Assembly: GCA_030587475.2 (NCBI GenBank)
Contig: JAUQYZ020000231.1
Coordinates: 2,948-66,947, forward strand
Source of the DNA: Candidatus Sigynarchaeum calidifontis
Lineage (GTDB): Archaea > Asgardarchaeota > Lokiarchaeia > Sigyniarchaeales > Sigyniarchaeaceae
Direction: 5' to 3'
Length of the DNA: 64,000 nt
Position numbers and translations under genes: made by a program. Numbering within the stretch: position 1 is the first letter of the stretch; each line of letters starts with the position of its first letter. Positions 35,193 to 44,924 of the stretch are shown in pieces. The notes below the pieces were generated by a model. It was not told the DNA's origin. It saw only the letters and a list, made by a program, of their open reading frames with translations, and ran no database searches.

Positions 35193-36545
35193 ATGAACGA
35201 GAAACCGGCATCACGAAATTTCGCATTTCCCATTACCACGTTCATCGCCGTTGTGGCCATCGTCTATGCCATCCAGAACTTGATAGCACCGAACCTCGAG
35301 TACTTGTCCGTCTTGTTCGGTTTCGGTGGAGAGACAACGCCGATGGGCACGATCCAGTTCTCGTTCATGATGACGAGCGGGGTGGTCATGGTGATCTTCG
35401 GATACCTCGCAGACAAGTTGACACGGGTTCGTCTCCTCTTCGCGGGCACGCTGCTCTTCTCGGTTCCATCGGTGCTCGTGGCGCTCGTCGATACGGGGAT
35501 TTCCGGATATGTACTCTTCTTTATATTGCAAATGATATCTGGCGCGGGGCTCGGGATGACGATCCCCGTCACGTTCAGCCTCACGGGTGACCTCGTGCCG
35601 CAGAACGATCGTGCCAAGGGTTTTTCCTACTTCTCCATTGCCACGCTGCTTGGGGGGGTCGTGGCATCGGTCATCGCCGGCACGACCCCGGCAGATCTGT
35701 GGAGGATGCTGTACATCGGGGTCGGCATCGCGGGGATCGCGGTATCGGTCATGGTTTTTTTCCTGAAGGAACCGAACCGCATCGGCCGGGACTACCTGTA
35801 TTCTGGGGACAAGGAGACGATGGAATATTCCTACCGGATCCGGCGGGCTGATCTGAAGGTGATCGTGAAGAAGCGGACGAATGTCTGGCTGATCATCAAT
35901 TTCGTTGATACTATTCCAACTGGCATCATTCTTTTCCTTCTTTACACGTACATGGAAAATTTTCATAACGTGAACAAGAGCATGACGCTTGTTTTTCTCG
36001 CTTTCGTGCTCGTCGGCACGCTCATCGGCACGCTCGTGTTCGGATCCATCGCGGACAAGCTGTTCAAGCGGGGAAACAAGAAGGCAAGGGTATTGCTCGC
36101 CCTCTTCGCTAACATCGCGCCCATCCCCTTCGTGTTCATCGCTTTCCGCATCCCGTTCTGGTTTACGGGAACGACAGTGCTCGACCTCTTCATGGTACCA
36201 GGGGCCGTGCTCACGATAATCTTGCTAACTGTGGGGCTGTTCTTGAACGGTGCCACGAATGGCTCGTGGTATGCCACGGTCGTGGACATCAACTTGCCCG
36301 AGCACCGCGGCACTGTGCTCGCGACAGCGAATTTTTTCGACATTTTCGGGAAATCCATTGGCCCGTTGATAGGCACCTTGCTTTCGGACAAGTTTGGGGT
36401 TTTAATGGGCATCAATGCAAGCATCATCTTCTGGTGTGCCTTGCCATTCTTCTGGATCGGCGTGCTGAGACATTTTATTTCCGATCTCGAGACCACCGAT
36501 GCTATATTCAAGGAGCGCTTGGAGAAGGCCAAGACCAGCAAATAA
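35193..36545 (+). CDS. MFS transporter
   Basis: About 12 TM helices, with MFS motif A FGYLADKLTRVRLL. Confidence 0.85.
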   Translation: MNEKPASRNFAFPITTFIAVVAIVYAIQNLIAPNLEYLSVLFGFGGETTPMGTIQFSFMMTSGVVMVIFGYLADKLTRVRLLFAGTLLFSVPSVLVALVDTGISGYVLFFILQMISGAGLGMTIPVTFSLTGDLVPQNDRAKGFSYFSIATLLGGVVASVIAGTTPADLWRMLYIGVGIAGIAVSVMVFFLKEPNRIGRDYLYSGDKETMEYSYRIRRADLKVIVKKRTNVWLIINFVDTIPTGIILFLLYTYMENFHNVNKSMTLVFLAFVLVGTLIGTLVFGSIADKLFKRGNKKARVLLALFANIAPIPFVFIAFRIPFWFTGTTVLDLFMVPGAVLTIILLTVGLFLNGATNGSWYATVVDINLPEHRGTVLATANFFDIFGKSIGPLIGTLLSDKFGVLMGINASIIFWCALPFFWIGVLRHFISDLETTDAIFKERLEKAKTSK

Positions 36546-36554
36546 ATACGATGG

Positions 36555-37763
36555 TTATGCAATGACATGCTTCCGTATCGCTCGCGATGTCAAGTAGAAA
36601 GCGAGCGCGAGAATGGCGATGGCAGTCGAGACCGAGGCGACCACGACATATGCAATGGCATAACCAAGGCCGAGGACCGAGCTGCCAAGGATCGGCGCGA
36701 TGAATGTCCCGAAGCCGATGGATGCCTCGAAGAAGCCGGCAACGCGGCCCTTCCGATGCTCGTTTATCCCCATGAGCAGCTCGAGGGTCGTGGTGTACAG
36801 CATACCCGAGAAAACACCCATGACGGATACAAAGACCAGGTACCAAGTGAAATCGGTCGTCATCGCGAACAAGAAGCAAGTCGCAGAGAGCCCTAGAGCG
36901 ATGGCTATCCGGAGGGCGATGGACTTGCTCTTCATCCGGTTCTGGACGATGAAGGCCCCCGTGCGCGCGAGGCCGAATGTCAAACCGATCGCGCCAGTCT
37001 CGACCTCGGAAAAACCGATTTTCGAGATGGCAATGTCGGGAAACAAGCCGATGAAAAAGGACTTGGTGAACGCGTACACGAAAATCGTGAGGATCAAGAT
37101 GGCACTCGGGACGGCTAGATTCCCAAGACTTTCATTACCAGGATGCCGGGTATCCTTATTCCCTTCCAAGGAGGATCCTCGAGCATAACCGCTCGGTTGG
37201 ATGAATAAACCGACGATCACGAAATTCGTCACGGAAAAGGCGAGTAACAGCAAGAACGAAAAGATCGCGCCGATGATCGACAGCAGCGGGCCGAGGAAGG
37301 GACCCATCATGTAGCCGAGGCTCCAAGATATGCAGAAATTGTTGAGCTTTCGCTGGTGATCCGCGGTCGTCGTGTTCTCGCTGATGTACGCTTCGATACT
37401 ACTCCACCAAAAACCATAGAGAATACCGATGGCTACCTGACCAAAAACAAGCAAAGCGATGATCGTGGGAAAGGCGATGAAAAGGGTGGCGATGATGGAA
37501 AAACCGATGCTCGTGATGAAAAGGCTGCGCCGCCGGCCGATCTTGTCTGACACGTGCCCAAACATCGCAGCCGAGAACATGTACGATGCCCCGTAGGAAC
37601 TTCCCAGGATTCCGATTATCCAGTTTTCCACCCCGAGCCTAGTACCCACGAGCACGCACGCGACGATGAGCAAGGAACCTAGCAAGTCGCCGGAGAACGC
37701 TAGAAAATAGATTGGCTTGAATCGCGGACCTCGCGCGCCGGGCCCGACTTCGGTTCCATTCAT
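36555..37763 (-). CDS. MFS transporter
   Basis: About 12 TM helices, with motif A FGHVSDKIGRRRSL. Confidence 0.85.
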   Translation of the reverse strand: MNGTEVGPGARGPRFKPIYFLAFSGDLLGSLLIVACVLVGTRLGVENWIIGILGSSYGASYMFSAAMFGHVSDKIGRRRSLFITSIGFSIIATLFIAFPTIIALLVFGQVAIGILYGFWWSSIEAYISENTTTADHQRKLNNFCISWSLGYMMGPFLGPLLSIIGAIFSFLLLLAFSVTNFVIVGLFIQPSGYARGSSLEGNKDTRHPGNESLGNLAVPSAILILTIFVYAFTKSFFIGLFPDIAISKIGFSEVETGAIGLTFGLARTGAFIVQNRMKSKSIALRIAIALGLSATCFLFAMTTDFTWYLVFVSVMGVFSGMLYTTTLELLMGINEHRKGRVAGFFEASIGFGTFIAPILGSSVLGLGYAIAYVVVASVSTAIAILALAFYLTSRAIRKHVIA

Positions 37764-37886
37764 GAAATCACCAAGTCATGGCGTCCCTAAAACAGCCGAG
37801 CTAATCCCCCGCAAACAATAATTGATGCTCGTCCTTGACATCCCGTGACATTCACGTAAAACGAAGTCCAAATAGTGAATGCAACC

Positions 37887-39500
37887 ATGTCGCAAAAGAA
37901 GGGCACGAAAAAGGCGGATGGCAGCGGCGAGGCCGGTGCAAAAAAAGCGCCCGCCGATCATCAGTCTGCGAAGAGCGCGAAAGCCGAGGTGAAAAAGGAA
38001 AAGCCCGCCCCGGTCGAAAGCGAGCAAAAAACAAAGCCGATGACCGCCATCACGGTCAAGAAAGCAGATGACTTCAGCGAGTACTTCACCCAGCTGGTCG
38101 AGAAGGCCGAGCTGGCGGATATCCGATACGGCGTGAAGGGATTCGTCTGCTACATGCCGTGGGCGGTCATTACTATCAAGAAAATGTATGCCAAGTACGA
38201 GAAATTGCTCGAAGCGAACGGGCACCTCCCGCTCATAATGCCCACGGTCATCCCGAAGAGTTTTTTCGAGAAAGAGTCCGATCACGTCAAGGGTTTCGCC
38301 CCGGAGGTGTTTTGGGTTACCGAAGCCGGCGGGAACCACGAGAAACTCGAGGAGCCCCTTGCCTTGCGCCCGACCAGCGAAACCGCGTTGTATAGCATGT
38401 ATAGCATGTGGATCCGTAGCTATCAAGACTTGCCCTTCAAGCGGTATCAATCATGCCAGGTTTTCAGGTACGAAGGCCGCGCGACCCGGCCGTTTTTCCG
38501 GGCCCGTGAGTTCCACTGGATCGAGGCGCACGACGTGTTCGCGACGCTCGAGGACGCCAAGAACCAGGTCCTTCAGGACATGGACATGACATACAAGATG
38601 GTTCGCGACGAGTTTTGCATCCCGATCATCTTCTTCCAGCGGCCCGAGTGGGACAAGTTCGCTGGGGCTGTCCACACGTACGCGGCAGACGCGCTGCTCG
38701 AGAACGGGAAGGTTATCCAGTTACCGTCGACACACTTGCTCGGCCAAAACTTCTCAGGGCCCTTCAACGTGAAGTACGTGACCAAGGAAGGCAAGGAGGA
38801 GCTCGGGTACATCACGTGTTATGGCCCGGCCATCAGCCGCATCTACGGTGCCATGATAGCCGTCCTCGGCGACGACCAGGGGCTCGTGCTGCCATGGGAC
38901 CTCGCGCCCGTGCAGGTGGTGATCGTCCCGATCTATTTCAAGGGACAAGTGGAGGCCGTGGATAAGGCAAGCAAGGAGGTCGAAGCCGCCATCAAGGCCA
39001 AGATGGATGTCGCCGTGAAAATCGACAACCGGGACTACGTGACAGCGGGTGAAAAGTACAACGAGTGGGAGATGCGTGGTGTACCCGTCCGCATCGAGAT
39101 CGGCCCGAAAGATGTCGAGAAAAACCAGGTCGTCGTTGTCACGCGTACCCCCAAGAAAAAGGAGTTCGTGCCGCGCACCAAGCTGGTCGAGGTTATCGAG
39201 GGCATTGCGAAAACATACACGCAAAACTTGCGGGATCACCACTTGCTCAAATTCGACTCTCTCGTCCAGAAATGCGATTATATTGAGGATGCAAAGGATG
39301 CCATCGACCACAACAAGATTGCTTGCATCGGCTTGTGCTCGATCGATATGAGCGGGTACTCTTGTGCCGAAAAGGTCGAGAAAGGAACGGGCGGGGTCAT
39401 CCGCGGCAAGCGAGTGGACGATGAACCAAACAAGTTCGACCGGTGCGTCGCTTGCGGGGCACCGAACCCGGTCACGGTCTACGTGGCGCGCAGCTATTAA
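37887..39500 (+). CDS. proS: Prolyl-tRNA synthetase, archaeal/eukaryotic type, with a Lys/Ala-rich N-terminal extension
   Basis: FSEYFTQLVEKAELADIRYGVKG, LALRPTSETALYSMYSMWIRSYQDLPF, QVFRYE, ITCYGPAISRIYGAMIAVLGDDQGL, and a C-terminal ...TVYVARSY ending in Tyr. First ATG is 37887 (GTG 37875 is also possible). The canonical core begins about 55 aa later. Confidence 0.9.
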   Translation: MSQKKGTKKADGSGEAGAKKAPADHQSAKSAKAEVKKEKPAPVESEQKTKPMTAITVKKADDFSEYFTQLVEKAELADIRYGVKGFVCYMPWAVITIKKMYAKYEKLLEANGHLPLIMPTVIPKSFFEKESDHVKGFAPEVFWVTEAGGNHEKLEEPLALRPTSETALYSMYSMWIRSYQDLPFKRYQSCQVFRYEGRATRPFFRAREFHWIEAHDVFATLEDAKNQVLQDMDMTYKMVRDEFCIPIIFFQRPEWDKFAGAVHTYAADALLENGKVIQLPSTHLLGQNFSGPFNVKYVTKEGKEELGYITCYGPAISRIYGAMIAVLGDDQGLVLPWDLAPVQVVIVPIYFKGQVEAVDKASKEVEAAIKAKMDVAVKIDNRDYVTAGEKYNEWEMRGVPVRIEIGPKDVEKNQVVVVTRTPKKKEFVPRTKLVEVIEGIAKTYTQNLRDHHLLKFDSLVQKCDYIEDAKDAIDHNKIACIGLCSIDMSGYSCAEKVEKGTGGVIRGKRVDDEPNKFDRCVACGAPNPVTVYVARSY

Positions 39501-39557
39501 AACCGGTATGCACAAGTTTTTTCTCTGTTGCTACCTCATTCTGTATCGTGGTGTTTA

Positions 39558-40088
39558 ATGAGCAGCAGCGGTGATAACGAGGCCTTGTACGCGGGTCTCT
39601 TCCAGGTGCTCGACGGCTTGTGGTTTGTTCGACTCGAGAAAGAGTTCGGCTTTGAAAAGGCGTTACAACTCGACAAGGAAGTCTGGGAAATCTTCGCCAG
39701 AAAGGAGGCTCAACGGCTGGTGAAATTTCTCATGGACAAAGGCACTATCACGAAATCTGATGGGCCAGTCACGATCCTGGAGAAAATTCTCCCGATATCC
39801 ATCTTCAACAAGACATTGAAGTTCCGGATCGAGACGAACGGGAAGGACGAGCTCGAATTCATCGTATTTGAATGCAAGACGCTGGCAGGTATGAAAAAAA
39901 TCGGGCGGCCCGAGCAACAGGCACACACGGTCTGCTTTGACATGGGCTTCACGTACTACAACCACTTCGCGAAGGAAATCGACCCCGCATTCAACGTCTC
40001 GTGCATGTTCACGCCATACAAGAAGCTTGTTGACGCGCCCGGAAATGGCTTGTGCGGTTGGCGGTTCAAGATCGGGAATAAAAAGTGA
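39558..40088 (+). CDS. Hypothetical cytosolic protein (DUF6125 / ATC-hydrolase-like)
   Basis: LDGLWFVRLEKEFGFEKALQLDKEVWE and ECKTLAGMKK give a weak resemblance only. Start set at MSSSGDNE. Confidence 0.45.
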   Translation: MSSSGDNEALYAGLFQVLDGLWFVRLEKEFGFEKALQLDKEVWEIFARKEAQRLVKFLMDKGTITKSDGPVTILEKILPISIFNKTLKFRIETNGKDELEFIVFECKTLAGMKKIGRPEQQAHTVCFDMGFTYYNHFAKEIDPAFNVSCMFTPYKKLVDAPGNGLCGWRFKIGNKK

Positions 40089-40131
40089 AAGTCATAGACA
40101 ATTGGGGCTACAAGCACCAAAAAAAGCCGAG

Positions 40132-40692
40132 TTATTTCAAGAGTCGCATGACGCGGCGTAAATTCTTGTCGATAATGCCAGCCACGCTACCAGTAATTGT
40201 TTTATGGATTACTTGAGCTTGCTTCCTCGCCCGTTCGAATCTTTCCCTAACGATTTCAATTGGTTCGCTGAAGATCGTGTGATACTTGCTCCTTTTGCCT
40301 ATTTCCTTTTCCAACTCATCTGCAAAACTTTCAAATTTACTCACGTTCGAGAAATCGCCCTTTTCAACGTAATCAGCATACATGGACTCGAACCGCTGCC
40401 GGATGTGCGAAAGAAACGTTCGTATCTCGCCCCGGCTAACCTCGTTGGTAGCGACGATAACGAAATACAACTTGCCCTCGAGCGTGTAATGGATAGACAC
40501 GTTCTCGAGCTGGATAAGCTGGATTTTCTGGCCAGTCATCTCGGTCGAAAAGGCATCTATCGCCGTTAAAAAACCCCCGATCATGTCCTTGTTGATCGGA
40601 TTCGGTAGCGGCATAAATTCTTGCTCGAATATCAAGATGCCCGACGTCTCGATGATGAACACGTCGTGCAAGCCAGCTGCAAGGTCGCTCAT
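40132..40692 (-). CDS. Longin/roadblock-like domain protein
   Basis: VFIIETSGILIFEQEF...MIGGFLTAIDAFSTEM...IQLIQLENVSIHYTLEGKLYFVIVATNE...IRTFLSHIRQRFESMY fits a Mon1/Fuzzy-type longin pattern, followed by a helical tail. A TATA-like element lies 21-34 nt upstream of the ATG. Confidence 0.65.
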   Translation of the reverse strand: MSDLAAGLHDVFIIETSGILIFEQEFMPLPNPINKDMIGGFLTAIDAFSTEMTGQKIQLIQLENVSIHYTLEGKLYFVIVATNEVSRGEIRTFLSHIRQRFESMYADYVEKGDFSNVSKFESFADELEKEIGKRSKYHTIFSEPIEIVRERFERARKQAQVIHKTITGSVAGIIDKNLRRVMRLLK

Positions 40693-40712
40693 GATACGTA
40701 CTTGATCGAGCG

Positions 40713-40726
40713 CATATCTAAAAAAA
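40713..40726 (-). promoter_or_regulatory. TATA-like element for the longin-like gene (leaderless geometry)
   Basis: The minus strand reads TTTTTTTAGATATG, 21-34 nt upstream of ATG 40692. No SD is present. Confidence 0.4.
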
Positions 40727-40780
40727 CTGTCTATGTTCCCAGACTGAGCTGTGAAATGGAAAAAAAAGGTGGTATGAGGT

Positions 40781-41527
40781 TCAAGACCGGCGGCGACCGC
40801 CCCCGATCACGAGGATCAAGAAGATCCGCACGATGAGGATGAAGTAGTTGATTGCCAAGGACGCTGTCGCGTAGACCCACTGGCCAAAGGCGACCCGGGC
40901 TCGCAAGACGTGGATGTCGACGATCGTGAAGATACCGACCATGAACACCGTGATGATGCTGCTGACGAGCAAGTATATATCAAAGCCACCGAGGAATAAC
41001 GCCGCTAACGACCATACGGACACGCCGAGCAAGCCAAAAATAGCGATCCATAACGCAATTCGCATGTACCCGCGTCCCGGGCTAAAGAACGACGGGAAAG
41101 TCCGCACCATCCAGGTGATGGTCAGAATGACGGCCGTTGCCGCGAGCACAGCGACGACGAACAATTGCGACGCGTACTCGAAACTTCCAAGATACTGGGA
41201 GGCAAACAGTAATACGGGCCGTTGCAAGAACCCCGACGCCACGCTCAAGCCGTAGAACGAGATCAATGCCGGCGTGTTCATTCTGCGGCTTCCAAAACCG
41301 AACGTCGCGATCGCTAGCCCGATATACGCTATGATACTCAATATATACCATCCAAAATCATATGGAAGTGCATACGTCGCAAACATCGTCAAACAAAATA
41401 TCAGCGTGCCGCCTGCAAGGGTCGGCAACACGTTAAACTTGATTATCTGGTCTACCTCTTCTGGGTCCAACACGCGCTCCTGATCCGCTATCTCTCGATA
41501 CCGTCTATAGCTCATCCTGATATTCAC
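40781..41527 (-). CDS. Bax inhibitor-1 / YccA (TMBIM) family membrane protein
   Basis: Seven predicted TM helices, a cytosolic N-terminus and a basic C-terminus (GGGRRRS). The overall layout is that of BI-1-like proteins. Confidence 0.6.
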   Translation of the reverse strand: MNIRMSYRRYREIADQERVLDPEEVDQIIKFNVLPTLAGGTLIFCLTMFATYALPYDFGWYILSIIAYIGLAIATFGFGSRRMNTPALISFYGLSVASGFLQRPVLLFASQYLGSFEYASQLFVVAVLAATAVILTITWMVRTFPSFFSPGRGYMRIALWIAIFGLLGVSVWSLAALFLGGFDIYLLVSSIITVFMVGIFTIVDIHVLRARVAFGQWVYATASLAINYFILIVRIFLILVIGGGRRRS

Positions 41528-41623
41528 CTCTTCGGATTGGAAATCCTACAAATATGAGATCAATCCGGCAATTTATGTCTTCGCATTTAAAACGAAAAGA
41601 ATAACCAGGCACGTGCTTTTTTT

Positions 41624-44600
41624 ATGGATAATTTGGCCACTTATAGTAGCAGACCGAAGCAAGACCTTCATATACCTTGGCACCACTGTGATCAACCCAT
41701 GACACGCGTGAAGCTCATTCCCGAAAAGTTCAAGACAGGAAAGTACTCTGGCTCGCCACGTGACTTTGACTGGTACGAGACGCTCAAGACCCAGCCCCGC
41801 GGCGGCGAGGATTTCCTCGAGGCGTGGTATTCCGAGGACCCGGAAGAGTCGGAATATTTGAACAAGAGCTTTCAAGCCCACATCGACGCCAAGCTCGCTG
41901 CTTTGAAAAAAGAAGGATGGGATCCGGCAAAACAATTCGCCTTTTGCGTATCTCAGAGCCATCTCGATCTTGGCTGGATGTGGCATTTCCGGCAGGGCGT
42001 GGCCAAGGCAGAGACCACGTTTGACAAGCTGCATCACCATTTCAAGTTATTTTCGCCATTCACGTTTGCCGGCAGCCAACCCGCGCAATACCAGTGGATC
42101 AAGCTGCACGACAAGGCCATCTGGAACAATGTCGTCGACGACGTGGCCCGCCGCCGGCACGAGCTGCAAGGTGGCACCTGGTGCGAGGCGGATGGCCGGA
42201 TGCCGAGCGGCGAGGCATGGGTGCGCCACTGCTTGTATGGACAACTGTTCTATGCCCGCAACTTCGGACGCATCGCGAACATCGCATGGTTTCCCGATTC
42301 GTTCGGTTTCGCCAATAATCTTCCCCAGATCTTCGCAAAAAGCGGGCTCGACTCGTTTTTCACGACCAAGCTCGTCTCGAACAAGGAGACCAAGTGGCCG
42401 TTCTGGGCATGGACCTGGCGAGCACCCGACGGCTCCACCCTGGTCAGTTATCAATCCGGAATAAGTTTGAAACTCGGCCCGTTCGGGCGGTTTCACCAGC
42501 CCCAGCCCGACAGCGATACTGTCCCAGAATCGTACAAGGACAGCTACAAGCTCCTCCAGCCGGGGCAGAAGCTCGTCTGCGATTATGATATGGACCAGGT
42601 CGAGAAGCGGCCCGAGGTATCTGACGATGACCTCCCGGTACTTGGCGTTTTTTTCGGCGAGGGCGATGGTGGCCACGGGCCGCAGGGTGTCGAGGTCGCG
42701 ACGTGCAGGGGCATGGTCGACCGCGGCGTGGCGACGTGGAGTACCGCGAAGGAATTTTTCGAACTCGTGGCCAGGTACAAGGACAGGTTACCCGTCTGGA
42801 ACGACGAGCTTTACTACGAGTTCCACCGCGGCTCGCTAACGACCCAGACCCTAATGAAACGCATGAACCGGTTCTTCGAATGGCAACTACCCGCAATCGA
42901 GGGTCTGTGCACGATCGCTATGCGGGGAAATCCTGGCGCGCGGATAGGATCTCTCGAGACCTTCTACACGAGCGAGCAAGACCAGACGCCGGCAACGAGG
43001 AATGCCATCGAGCAAATCTGGCAAAACGTGCTTCTCATGCAGTTCCACGACGTGCTGTCGGGCACGTCGATCCCCGAGGTATACGACGAATGCTACGAGT
43101 TCTGGACGCAGGATAAAGCCCTTTTAGAGGCTATCTCCAGGGAGGCACTCCAAGCGGTTACAAAATGCCATGGCATATCCAAGCCCGGGCCCTTTTACGT
43201 GCATTTCCCGATAGCACTCGAGGTCAAGGTGCCGGGAAAAACAACCATTGCCGTGGAGAGATTAGTTCTCGTTCCAACGATCATCGCCAATATGGCGGGG
43301 GTCACTTTCTGCCAGGCTGTTGACGTTCCAGTGAGCCAGCTGCAAGGCCTTTTACCTTTCGGCGTGATACTCGATGAAAGTTCCGGGAACATGAATCGCG
43401 TCCAGTTCGTCTCTGGCGACGAGATATGTCCGGACATCGATAAGAAGCAACCCCGCTGGATATTCACTGCGTGGCTACCGCCGTGGACGACAATCGTCGC
43501 GTGGATTGTCGCCTTGCCGTACGGAATCGATGGACCCGCGGATCCTGCGACGGTTAATACGATCTCGAAAGCTGCATTTTCCGCCCTCGGCGGCATCGCC
43601 GAAGAGAAAGAAGCGTGCCTGGCATCGGACAAGATGGACATCACATGCATTAGTTTCCCGGGCGGAACCATCGGGATCAACAAGAAAACTGGCTTTCTAG
43701 ACCGCTTGGATGAGGGCGGGACGTCGTTCATCAGGGCGCCTTGCGCGTTGAAGGCCTACGATGACGTGCCATACCGTGAACCTTGTTGGAACTTTCAGGC
43801 GGGATATTGGAACCACCCGAAAGCCATCTTCGATAAGCCAGCGGCGGTCGATGTTATCGAATCTGGCCCGGTTCGCCACGTCGTGCGCTCGATACGGCCG
43901 TTCGGCAACGGGTCGCGTGCGGTCATCGACTACTCGGTCATCCAAGGCGTAGAAGGGATTGGCATTTCGATCGCTCTCGATTTTCACGAAACCGAAACGC
44001 TTATCAAGTATGAGATCCCGATCGGCTTGCACGCAACGTATTCTGTCGCAGAGACGTGCTATGCCACGTCAAAGCGCCGCAACAAGCCTGAGGCGAACCG
44101 TGACGTGCCGCGCTGGGAAAAATGGATGCATTCGTTCGTTCTCATAGAAAGCGACGACGGGGCATCTGGCCTCGCCGTGATCAATGAAGGTAAATACGGC
44201 TTCGACACGCGTGGCGGAAATCTTGGCATATCCATCGTCCATGGCCCCCGGTACCCCGAGGCAAACGTCGTCGCGTGGGCTCGCGACGAGCGCAAGAAGC
44301 GCAGGGAAATGGGCCTCGGCGAGCCACCCACCCATGCTGATCAGGGACCGCACTTGACGCGCCTCTGGCTCTTGCCTTACCATGAATCGTGGCGGAAGGG
44401 GAAGGTGCACCAGGCCGCGCATGGATTCAATAGCCCCGTGCAAGTGCTGGTGCTCAATGACCCTAAAAATGCTAGACGAACCATTGGCGGGCGGGAGATC
44501 ACGGTAAAGATCCTCCGATCGTATATCCACGATGCGCAACCGAAAGCTGCAAATTGGATCCGCTGGATACTCAGCGACAAGCCATCCGTGGAAGTCACTT

Positions 44601-44896
44601 GCATCAAGCCTGCTGAAAAGCTCCCGCCCGTGCTTGATTCCTTGCATGGCCATCGGGATGCGATCGTGATGCGCGTCGTGAACAATATGGACGGCGCGAA
44701 TAAAGCAACCTTAAGCATCGAGCCTGGCCTCGCGCCCCCGGACTCAACCATTCTGGAAACAGACTTGCTCGAGCGCATCCTCCCGAGATCCGCCGATCCC
44801 CGGTTCCGCGTGGAGAAGGCTGCCGATGGTCGCATCGCTTTACAGCTGGATTTCAAGCCACACGAGATACGCACGTTTAAAATTTTCAAGGAATGA
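41624..44896 (+). CDS. GH38 alpha-mannosidase, cytosolic Man2C1/Ams1/MngB-like
   Basis: VSQSHLDLGWMW, AWFPDSFGF, YYEFHRGSLTTQ. No signal peptide. The start may be the Met of MTRVKL (41699). Confidence 0.85.
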   Translation: MDNLATYSSRPKQDLHIPWHHCDQPMTRVKLIPEKFKTGKYSGSPRDFDWYETLKTQPRGGEDFLEAWYSEDPEESEYLNKSFQAHIDAKLAALKKEGWDPAKQFAFCVSQSHLDLGWMWHFRQGVAKAETTFDKLHHHFKLFSPFTFAGSQPAQYQWIKLHDKAIWNNVVDDVARRRHELQGGTWCEADGRMPSGEAWVRHCLYGQLFYARNFGRIANIAWFPDSFGFANNLPQIFAKSGLDSFFTTKLVSNKETKWPFWAWTWRAPDGSTLVSYQSGISLKLGPFGRFHQPQPDSDTVPESYKDSYKLLQPGQKLVCDYDMDQVEKRPEVSDDDLPVLGVFFGEGDGGHGPQGVEVATCRGMVDRGVATWSTAKEFFELVARYKDRLPVWNDELYYEFHRGSLTTQTLMKRMNRFFEWQLPAIEGLCTIAMRGNPGARIGSLETFYTSEQDQTPATRNAIEQIWQNVLLMQFHDVLSGTSIPEVYDECYEFWTQDKALLEAISREALQAVTKCHGISKPGPFYVHFPIALEVKVPGKTTIAVERLVLVPTIIANMAGVTFCQAVDVPVSQLQGLLPFGVILDESSGNMNRVQFVSGDEICPDIDKKQPRWIFTAWLPPWTTIVAWIVALPYGIDGPADPATVNTISKAAFSALGGIAEEKEACLASDKMDITCISFPGGTIGINKKTGFLDRLDEGGTSFIRAPCALKAYDDVPYREPCWNFQAGYWNHPKAIFDKPAAVDVIESGPVRHVVRSIRPFGNGSRAVIDYSVIQGVEGIGISIALDFHETETLIKYEIPIGLHATYSVAETCYATSKRRNKPEANRDVPRWEKWMHSFVLIESDDGASGLAVINEGKYGFDTRGGNLGISIVHGPRYPEANVVAWARDERKKRREMGLGEPPTHADQGPHLTRLWLLPYHESWRKGKVHQAAHGFNSPVQVLVLNDPKNARRTIGGREITVKILRSYIHDAQPKAANWIRWILSDKPSVEVTCIKPAEKLPPVLDSLHGHRDAIVMRVVNNMDGANKATLSIEPGLAPPDSTILETDLLERILPRSADPRFRVEKAADGRIALQLDFKPHEIRTFKIFKE

Positions 44897-44924
44897 TGAG
44901 TTTTTCCGAATTTCTCTTTACCCC

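Noticed and set aside
37776-38450. 224-aa minus-strand ORF antisense to the 5' part of proS.
   Set aside because: proS on the plus strand has unambiguous class II synthetase motifs. The antisense product is Arg/Leu/Gly-rich with no motif, and it starts inside the neighbouring intergenic region.
42047-44653. Several long antisense or alternative-frame ORFs inside the GH38 gene (for example 42047-42676, 43195-43731, 44069-44653).
   Set aside because: The plus-strand 1090-aa frame carries all GH38 motifs. The others are composition-driven.
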